A DNA stretch of 64,000 nt from a virus, in the IMG/VR virus record IMGVR_UViG_3300044713_000194, positions 32,001 to 96,000 of that record, one strand, 5' to 3'. Of the stretch, positions 56,899 to 64,000 are shown one piece after another (the first letter of the stretch is position 1; every line of letters starts with the position of its first letter). Both the position numbers and the translations under genes were made by a program. The notes beneath the pieces are model-generated. The model worked only from the letters and a program-made list of their open reading frames with translations, was not told the DNA's origin and ran no database searches.

Positions 56899-57036
56899 GT
56901 CGGCCCGCGCCTGGACGCCGTTGCTCGGGCCTCGATACTCACGACAATTGCGCTCGTCGGCGACGTTTGTGGCCCGGGGCCGCTGGCACGGTCGATCGAC
57001 CTAAAAATAGACAATGATTGTTCTCGCAATGAGAAC

Positions 57037-57111
57037 TGGCTGGCGGAGGAGGAATCGAACCCCTCATTCAACGGGCCAAAACCGTTTGTCCGACCGTTAG
57101 ACGATCCGCCA
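57037..57111 (-). tRNA. tRNA-Gln(TTG)
   Basis: AACGG-TTTTGGC-CCGTT. Confidence 0.88.
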
Positions 57112-57826
57112 AAATTCTCTTTATAACGATCCCTACTCTTGTTCCACTAACTCCTAACTGTTCAGCGACCCGACTTTTTGTGCTACACTGGACCATCCTT
57201 AATAACTCATCATCAGTTGGCCACACAATTTTTTGCTTATACTGTGCATTGCTCGACCTCGAACACTTTTGACATAACCGGCTCTTGTGTGCAGTCAAAC
57301 GTTTCTCACATTTTTGGCATTTCGGTAGAGTTGAATTACGTGTGTTCTTTCCGCAAAATGTCTCTAACTGGCTATCGCAATTAGGGCATACGAGCCTAAG
57401 ATTAGGTAGTCTAGCATCGTCGTAGATTCCGTTTTCATGATCCAATCGGAGGACGAGTGGCTTACCATTCCACTTAGGTCCTAGATCGCAAATCGAACAG
57501 CGGTTTTTAAGGATACCTTCCTTAATCAACCTTCTCTTCAGAGAGCGCCGACTGTACTTCGAATGCTCAACCAATATCTGATCCAACGGAACCATGGGGG
57601 CTGCCCATGAGCGCCCGGCGTGCCACCCGGGCTGAAGCGTCTCAAAATGATCAAGGTTAAGTCCGGACTCTTCTACGCGTCTCCTAAAGGTTCGAAAATT
57701 TCCGCCCTTATTATGCAGTCCCCAGTACGCCAACGCCTCCCGAATGCTGTTACTTCTGCGCACGATCTGCGCAAACTCATCGTCCGATACTTGCCAAATG
57801 ACACTTGTTCGCCTTCCCATATTCAC
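57068..57826 (-). CDS. HNH homing endonuclease with C-terminal HTH
   Basis: CSIC...WNGKPLVLRLDHENG...NLRLVCPNC; low GC; overlaps tRNA-Gln. Confidence 0.88.
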   Translation of the reverse strand: MNMGRRTSVIWQVSDDEFAQIVRRSNSIREALAYWGLHNKGGNFRTFRRRVEESGLNLDHFETLQPGWHAGRSWAAPMVPLDQILVEHSKYSRRSLKRRLIKEGILKNRCSICDLGPKWNGKPLVLRLDHENGIYDDARLPNLRLVCPNCDSQLETFCGKNTRNSTLPKCQKCEKRLTAHKSRLCQKCSRSSNAQYKQKIVWPTDDELLRMVQCSTKSRVAEQLGVSGTRVGIVIKRILADRLTVGQTVLAR

Positions 57827-57884
57827 CCCTTCTAAGGGGTTAATACCTACCGAGACCCATCAAACCGGAATATGTACCAGTGTG

Positions 57885-57914
57885 AATATCGTCCTGCCGT
57901 TGAACGAACCGCCA
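57885..57914 (-). pseudogene. orphan 5' half of tRNA-Gln
   Basis: TGGCGGTTCGTTCAACGGCAGGAC resembles the 5' half of 57037-57111. Confidence 0.7.
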
Positions 57915-58124
57915 TCAAAAAATTACCTTACTAGCACTTTCTCAAATTTCATCGGGGACCCGTCGTGGTCGGAAATCGTTCGCCCCGCAAGCACACCCAC
58001 GCCAGCGCCTCAATCTTTCACGGCGGGGCCGAGCTTACAAAGCACTACCACTGCCCTCGTCTTGGTCTTAGAACCCATGCCTCCAAGCTGACGTTGCATT
58101 ATTCGTCCGCGTCGCTGTCGAAAC

Positions 58125-58210
58125 TGGAGCGGGTTCCGGCTTGAAACCATCTCACGGCCCACCCCCACCCGTACGGTGCCGAAAGCAGCCGTTCCTCATC
58201 CGAGGCCCGC
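58125..58210 (-). ncRNA. degenerate CCA-ended tRNA-like RNA
   Basis: GCGGG/CCCGC-T-CCA; weak T arm. Confidence 0.35.
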
Positions 58211-58222
58211 TGTAAACCTTGT

Positions 58223-58296
58223 TGGCAGCCCGTCAGGGATTCGAACCCCAATATGCGCATCCAGAGTGCACTGTCCTACCGTTGAACGAACGGGCT
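58223..58296 (-). tRNA. tRNA-Gln(CTG)
   Basis: Loop CT-CTG-GA. Confidence 0.9.
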
Positions 58297-58355
58297 GTGA
58301 AACCTCGGGTTTTCAAACATCTCACTTCCGTGGCCCTCAGGCCTTCTGGAATTTA

Positions 58356-58432
58356 TGGTCGGGGCACAGGGAATCGAACCCTATCCACATGCGCCCAAGG
58401 CATGGATGCTTGTACCATCACACCCTACCCCG
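58356..58432 (-). tRNA. tRNA-Pro(TGG)
   Basis: CATGC-CTTGGGC-GCATG. Confidence 0.85.
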
Positions 58433-58444
58433 ACATCGTATTGT

Positions 58445-58518
58445 TGGTCTCCGAGCGGGGATTCGAACCCCGGACACCGCGCCCCGAACGCGGGATGTTT
58501 CCACTACACTACTCAGAG
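58445..58518 (-). tRNA. tRNA-Pro(CGG)
   Basis: CCGCG-TTCGGGG-CGCGG. Confidence 0.88.
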
Positions 58519-58567
58519 ACGACAGCTAACTTTGCGCCCGATTTGTGCCTCGGGTCCGGGCGGCTTA

Positions 58568-58643
58568 TGGTGGTCACCTTCGGTGTCGAACCGAACTCTA
58601 CGGCTTTTCAGGCCATCGCTTTCTCCGGATTAGCTTGGTGACC
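58568..58643 (-). tRNA. tRNA-Phe(GAA)
   Basis: Loop CT-GAA-AA. Confidence 0.88.
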
Positions 58644-58766
58644 CCTCAATTTCTCCGATCGGCTTACGTCGCTTCCAACAGCCTCCGATCGCGGCCTTTA
58701 CCGGAGCCATGTCCCTGTCCCGCTGTTTTACGACGGACAGGGTGGTACATCGGTCAAGGAACTTTG

Positions 58767-58842
58767 TGGTGGACATGGGGAGGGTCGAACTCCCATCGCC
58801 GGGTTGCAGGCCCAGCCGGTTCCCATTACCAAACACACGCCC
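58767..58842 (-). tRNA. tRNA-Ala(TGC), C33
   Basis: G3:U70; loop CC-TGC-AA. Confidence 0.82.
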
Positions 58843-58852
58843 ACTGCTAAAT

Positions 58853-58929
<77 letters not shown>

Positions 58930-58985
58930 ACAATGCAACTAACGTCGTTCCTGCTTCGTTCCCTCCCGGGGAGTGTTTACTCCGC

Positions 58986-59016
58986 AAATGAAAACCCCAG
59001 GCGCTTTGCCTGGGGT
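58986..59016 (-). terminator. attenuator terminator 3
   Basis: ACCCCAGGC-AAAGC-GCCTGGGGT-TTTCATTT. Confidence 0.85.
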
Positions 59017-59041
59017 CTCGAAACCTGCGATCGCTGATCGC

Positions 59042-59140
59042 TTAGTCGATGAGACCCCCGTTCAGATGCGCGGGCGTACCGGCCTGCGGCTGATTGCCGT
59101 TGGCTGGTACGGTAAACCGGGTTGTTGCTTGCTGCATCAT
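59042..59140 (-). CDS. attenuator leader peptide 3 (MMQQATTRFTVPANGNQPQAGTPAHLNGGLID)
   Basis: GAGG RBS (alternative GTG at 59146); 23 of the first 25 codons specify amino acids of array 3. Confidence 0.8.
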   Translation of the reverse strand: MMQQATTRFTVPANGNQPQAGTPAHLNGGLID

Positions 59141-59162
59141 CGACACAAAACCTCTTCCTATG

Positions 59163-59191
59163 CTTGGACGTAATGTTTTTGCAAAAGTTGC
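59163..59191 (-). promoter_or_regulatory. tRNA-array promoter 3
   Basis: GCAAC-N16-CGTCCAAG. Confidence 0.75.
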
Positions 59192-59359
59192 GAAGAAAGT
59201 TTACTTCTTACAAAGAGGACCCTCGTGCAGCGATGTCATCGCCTCAATTTGCTCGGCTGCTGTAATCGTCTCCAGTGTTCCTGGGAAACTCGTCTTTGAA
59301 TACAACTCTATTGCTTCGCCTCTCTCGGCGGAGCTAACTATATCGAACACGTGGGCGCT

Positions 59360-60467
59360 TTACGACTTTCGCGCCCCTCGCCGCTTCCTCTTTGGGACAA
59401 TTATCCAATTGTCTGCAAGAATGTCTCCGGTCGTCAGATTCGCATCATCAATTTGATCGAACCCTTCTGCCCGAAATTTGGTGGTGTTTGGATCTTCAAA
59501 ATACTCCCATCCGGGCGGGCCATCCTCCCTGCGCACTCTCTCACCGGCATGAGCCCACCGCGCCGCCTGCATAATGTCTGCCATTACCCCTCCACAGGCC
59601 CCAAGCCGGGTCCCCGCTTGACAACCACAAGATGTTCCGCTTTCCAGAAGCGTGACCCCGCAAGATGCCCTATCAGTGACACCTGGCCGTCACCCTGTAC
59701 CTTCTTGACAGTAACGGCCTTATTGTAGGACGCGAACTCTCCTACGCAAAGCCGCTTCTTCAGGCGCACAGTGTCGCCCGGGAAGATGTTCCATATCGCC
59801 TGCATCAGTTCTGCTGCTGCGCTCGTCCTCATCTCTTCGCCTCGACCGTCCCCTGTGCGGCTTCGGCTTTCCTCAAATACTCGATCTCTCGACGAATCCG
59901 CCTCGCAGTATCCGCCCAGGCTGACGCCAACGTCTGATGGTAAAGATTCGAGGTTGGATCGGTCGAACGGCGAGGCGAAAGAGTTGCATTCAAAGCGTCC
60001 TTCTCATAGTCATCCGCAAGGAACTGAAGACGAACCAGTTCGGGCTCGTCCTTTCCTTTGGCGTCGGCCAGAGATTCCAGTATTTCCACATAAACGGCGT
60101 AGCGTGCGGCGGCCAGAAAAACTCGCTCGCATCCGTCAAAAGACCGACCTCGCCCAGGAAGCACGCCCTCCATGAACTCCTTCAATAGATGGTATTCGAT
60201 GTCACGCAGCCCTGCGATCATCTCCGTAACCGATGCCCTTTCCACTGGCGCTGTTTTCTTGTTCTCTGCCTCGGTCTCTGACCAGGCGATAAGCTCGACA
60301 GCGTGATTCGGTTTGCAGGACAGCTTGAGCGTTATCCAGCCCTCGAAGTTCGTGGCAGGGTTCTGTAGGCCCTCGTACGAGACCTGCTGGCGCTTGAGGT
60401 ATTCCCGCGCCTCCTTCTCCCCGCCAAGGCTCTTGATAATCGATTTGACCGCGTGTGTCGCCATCAC
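59360..60467 (-). other. coupled hypothetical genes (59360-59584, 59584-59832, 59829-60467)
   Basis: Overlapping stop/start codons. Confidence 0.6.
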
Positions 60468-61282
60468 TTCTTCTCCTCCGCCAAAGTCTTTTCGTACAGT
60501 TCGCGCACCTTGCGGACGTGTTCCGACGTCTGCGGCACGCCGCCTTCGTTAAGGTCGAGGAACATCCGTAGCACATCGACCGGCTTGACGACATCGCCAT
60601 TCAACAACACCATCTGGGTCATAATGTCGCCGAACGAGAACTTGTCCGCCCCACTCAATTCAAACCAGGTGTGACCTTTGTAGGGGAACCGGCCTTCGCG
60701 GAAGTCGCGAAGCGCGGCGAGTCTCTGCTTACCATCCACGATCTCCAGCCGGTACTCAGGATGTGGGTGCTCCAGGAAAACAAACTTTCCGATGTCCACC
60801 CGCGCGAAGACACTCCCAATCAGACGCTGCTTGTCTTCTAGCGCCCACACATAGTCGCGCTGGTAAATCGGGCTGTCGATCAGACCGCGATGGTAGGTCA
60901 TGTCCAGTAAGCTCCGGAGGTCGCTCTGGCGATAATCCCCGTGAAGACGCGGACGGCTGAAATTGGTGTTCTTCACCGTTGTTTTCGGGTATACATGATT
61001 CCACCAGGTAACGATCGGCAGGCGACGCTGATTGTCGTACGGCTTCCCACGTACCTCACCACGATCGTGATGACTGAGCACCAAAATGCGCCCGTTATCA
61101 TGAACTTCTTCGACGCGCACGTCCGGCTGGTTCCCGAAAATAACCTCCTCGCCGGGCTGAAAGGGGTAGTTGGATGCGGGAATAGTATCTTCCCGATTCA
61201 TGCTCCGAAAGTGACCCCATGCCCTGACAAGAAACTCATCCCAGGTCTCGGGCTCTTTAATTTTTGGTTGGCCCTTGGCCAT
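60464..61282 (-). CDS. DUF262 (ParB-like, GmrSD N-terminal) domain protein
   Basis: PIYQRDYVW...IVDGKQRL...MFLDLNEGG. Confidence 0.85.
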   Translation of the reverse strand: MAKGQPKIKEPETWDEFLVRAWGHFRSMNREDTIPASNYPFQPGEEVIFGNQPDVRVEEVHDNGRILVLSHHDRGEVRGKPYDNQRRLPIVTWWNHVYPKTTVKNTNFSRPRLHGDYRQSDLRSLLDMTYHRGLIDSPIYQRDYVWALEDKQRLIGSVFARVDIGKFVFLEHPHPEYRLEIVDGKQRLAALRDFREGRFPYKGHTWFELSGADKFSFGDIMTQMVLLNGDVVKPVDVLRMFLDLNEGGVPQTSEHVRKVRELYEKTLAEEKK

Positions 61283-61448
61283 GATCCCCCCAATTTCTCC
61301 TGCGGACTATCCGCAATCCCGACACCACTTAACACCGGGCTGATCCTCATCCACTTAAAAGGCGTGTCAGTAGGACTCGCACGAACTCCATGTGTCAAAC
61401 GTAGTCGCTGAACCCTGCGTATTGGATTCCTTTGTCCGTACCGCTCAC

Positions 61449-61826
61449 CTACTGCGTTAGCTTCCCCGCATCGCGATCTGTGATCCGTTGCAGTACTTCG
61501 AGGCGCTTTGCCTTGAACTTGTCGATCTTCTTTTCCTGATCGGGAATCTCGCGGGAGTAGACCGGCCACCCCCGTTTTATCCGTTCCTCCAATTCCCTGA
61601 TGACCCAATACCCGCGCTCAATGTACATATCGATACGGGCTAACTCGGCCTCGCTCCGCTGATTGTAGTGCACATTCGGCACCAGGAAGGTCTCGCCAGT
61701 ATCCGGGTCCCTGTAACGCAGTTGACCGGTCCGGTTGCTCCCCTCGACCAATTCAAGGAGATCGGCGGATTTCGGTAGGCATTGCCGGAAGTCCGGCTGC
61801 TGATAAGGTGCGACGTAGATGCCCAT
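61449..61826 (-). CDS. hypothetical protein
   Basis: RBS and class A promoter upstream. Confidence 0.65.
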   Translation of the reverse strand: MGIYVAPYQQPDFRQCLPKSADLLELVEGSNRTGQLRYRDPDTGETFLVPNVHYNQRSEAELARIDMYIERGYWVIRELEERIKRGWPVYSREIPDQEKKIDKFKAKRLEVLQRITDRDAGKLTQ

Positions 61827-61843
61827 GTTCCTGCCTCACTGCT

Positions 61844-61873
61844 ATTCTGGCTGGTCAGTTCAAAAGTGGCAAA
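61844..61873 (-). promoter_or_regulatory. class A promoter
   Basis: TTTGCC-N18-CAGAAT. Confidence 0.7.
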
Positions 61874-61875
61874 CT

Positions 61876-62115
61876 TTACACTCCCCGATTTACCAATGGA
61901 ATTGTCGCCACGTATTCTTTCGGAGTCTTCCCGGTCCTGAATGCATCGAGGGCAAAGTCAAGCGAGTACCCATCGACGGTCTGATCGCCGTCAAGGGCAT
62001 GCCCGACGATCTGCTCGGCCTGAGCGATCCAAGCGAGCCATGGGTTGCCTCCCGTGGCCTCGTGCGATTCAAACGCAATCAACTCGTTGTCCATCGGAAT
62101 CTCCTTCAGTTTCAA
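61876..62115 (-). CDS. small hypothetical protein
   Basis: AAGGAG RBS before MDNEL. Confidence 0.6.
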   Translation of the reverse strand: MKLKEIPMDNELIAFESHEATGGNPWLAWIAQAEQIVGHALDGDQTVDGYSLDFALDAFRTGKTPKEYVATIPLVNRGV

Positions 62116-62254
62116 CCTGGCGAGTCGATCGAAAACCGGCTAAGTTCTCCTTATAGGAAATACCGAATTGCTAGGCCAAACGTGATGTAAGCGCAAAATC
62201 ACTACCCTCTGAGAGCGAGCGGCCTACTCCGCAACCCCCGAAAGCTCCCCTTAT

Positions 62255-62284
62255 ATTCTGGCGTGTAGAGGCAAAAACGGCTAA
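62255..62284 (-). promoter_or_regulatory. class A promoter
   Basis: TTAGCC-N18-CAGAAT. Confidence 0.7.
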
Positions 62285-62327
62285 GAATAGGTGATTTTTG
62301 TGTTATTTTGGTGGGATTTTGGCGTTA

Positions 62328-64000
62328 TTAGACGTTCCGAACCCAATTTTCTTCAGGGGTCAGTTCGTCTTCCGTGGCGGCGGGCACCATTATGTCAACC
62401 GGTGAGCCCGCGTACGCGCCATCCCGCTGATCCGGAAACAGAGCCCAGCCGTTGGACTGCTCACGGTAATCGGCATCCGGCTTGAGCGCTGGGTTTTTGC
62501 TGAGGCCAGCAGTCTTAAGGTTTCTAAGCATCCGCAACACTGCGACGCGGGCGCGGGCCATTTCCTGGGTCCGATACGGCGGCTCACTGTTTGCCAATCC
62601 AGCGTTCAGCAAAACCGTATCGAGAGGGCACTCGAAAATACCTTCGGCACCGACGATTCCATCTAAGAACTCGGCTTCCGTCAGCCGTCCACGAGCATCG
62701 TAGTAAGCCTCTCCGACTTTGAGACCGACATGGCCCGGATACGCCGATTGATTTGTGGATACAAATACACCTTCCCGGAATTTCTCCTTCAAAGCCAAAG
62801 CGAAATCAAAGCAGCCACCCGCCAACCATGGACGCATCCACGCCTCATATTTTGCGGTCTTGACCAACTCATCGTCAATTCCTCGCGCCTTTGCCTCATC
62901 GCTCAAATCCATCACCGTGAAATGAACCCCGTCTACACTAAAGAGATGGCGACGCCCAAAGTTTACCCAGTTCTGAAGATTATTCAGGTCGGCGTACTGC
63001 TGACCCCACACATAATCGGCCCCAAGATCCAGAGGAATCGCACGAAGACGACGGCCAAGACCTGAACCACGGTATTCAGGAATTACAAACAGGGCAACGC
63101 CTTCAACACCCCGAAGATCTCGATATGGGGCTGTGGCTGGAACCTCTGGGTTGTAAATCGACCGATGTGTGAGAATATAGCCGCCAACCACCTTCCCTTG
63201 ATCTTTTGCGACGTAGGAGTGCGAAAAATCACCTCCGGTTGCGTCTATGATGATCGACCGAAAAAGGTTCGCGTACTGTGGGAAGCTCTGCTCACCAGCG
63301 ACTAGTAAGGCGGGGATGTCAGATTTTGAAACTACCGAAATGGCAGGGGCGCTCGCTTGCTTGGCTCCGTTGACATCCTCAGTGACGGTAAGCCGCCGGA
63401 TCAATTCATAGGAATTTGTGAACAAAGCCACCAACCCGGAGTGATAATCACCGGGATTGTTCTTGATGTCCGCTTCCAAGTCCTCAAAAGTCACCCAGGC
63501 GATGTGGTCCGTCTCCCAACCAAAGCCGGGCTCGGGATGGAGTTCAAATTCCTCTGCGACCTCGCCGAGAAAATTGTAATACTTGAATGATCCGGAGGAG
63601 AAGACAAAAGCCGGATGCAGCGTGATCGATCCGTGGTAGCCGGTCTCCTCCTGAAGCTCGGACATGGCACTCTCTGAGGGGTTCTTGTCCTTCTGAATCG
63701 CGCCCCCCAGGGTACCGAAGCAGTCGCCCTGGTTCACTTCGCTACTGCGCCAGGCGAGGCAGATGCGCCTTGTGCTCTTGCAGATAGGCAGGATTCCGGA
63801 CGCACCCCCACCTTCGCCGACCCAGAAGCCGTTATCGTCGTAGTGGTCTGCAACCTTAATCGCCGGTGTCTCACGGGATGCCACGATTGTGATGTCGGCG
63901 ACTGAGAACATGCCGGTGCCTGGCTCGACCTGGCGAGCCTTGTCGTCCCAGTGCTCCACCATGCCCGGGTCCTTCTCATTCGTCGCGTCGAGGCGCGTGC
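62328..64000 (-). CDS. second polyvalent protein (partial): NUDIX + GNAT + papain-like C-H-D modules
   Basis: GGAI...AMSELQEETG Nudix box; YRGSGLG; GGCFDFA..H..YDARG; frame open to the right edge. Confidence 0.8.
   Translation of the reverse strand, partial: TRLDATNEKDPGMVEHWDDKARQVEPGTGMFSVADITIVASRETPAIKVADHYDDNGFWVGEGGGASGILPICKSTRRICLAWRSSEVNQGDCFGTLGGAIQKDKNPSESAMSELQEETGYHGSITLHPAFVFSSGSFKYYNFLGEVAEEFELHPEPGFGWETDHIAWVTFEDLEADIKNNPGDYHSGLVALFTNSYELIRRLTVTEDVNGAKQASAPAISVVSKSDIPALLVAGEQSFPQYANLFRSIIIDATGGDFSHSYVAKDQGKVVGGYILTHRSIYNPEVPATAPYRDLRGVEGVALFVIPEYRGSGLGRRLRAIPLDLGADYVWGQQYADLNNLQNWVNFGRRHLFSVDGVHFTVMDLSDEAKARGIDDELVKTAKYEAWMRPWLAGGCFDFALALKEKFREGVFVSTNQSAYPGHVGLKVGEAYYDARGRLTEAEFLDGIVGAEGIFECPLDTVLLNAGLANSEPPYRTQEMARARVAVLRMLRNLKTAGLSKNPALKPDADYREQSNGWALFPDQRDGAYAGSPVDIMVPAATEDELTPEENWVRNV

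Overview
A GC-rich segment of a large (jumbo-type) myovirus genome in the standard genetic code. 1-18.6 kb (minus strand) is the virion module: SWIM-finger gene, major capsid, head decoration, scaffold, prohead protease, tail tube, tail sheath and two free-standing GIY-YIG endonucleases. 18.7-24 kb is a plus-strand block of small genes with a repeated promoter. 24-35.6 kb holds neck genes and a 3091-aa polyvalent protein of about 17 enzyme modules. 35.7-59.2 kb is a translation-support island with 38 cloverleaf tRNA genes covering all 20 amino acids in three arrays, several atypical tRNA-like or rRNA-like ncRNAs, RtcB, an HD protein, a cyclic-phosphate receiver protein and HNH genes. Main discovery: each tRNA array is preceded by the same ECF-like promoter (GCAAC-N16-CGTCCAAG), an unannotated 32-34 aa leader ORF whose codons match the anticodons of that array, and a mutually exclusive antiterminator/terminator pair. 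This looks like ribosome-stalling attenuation that turns on phage tRNAs when the matching host tRNAs are depleted. Second: virion proteins and the giant polyprotein are punctuated by K-x-A(A/S) linkers, suggesting the prohead protease releases an effector cocktail. All calls were made by eye; no searches were run.
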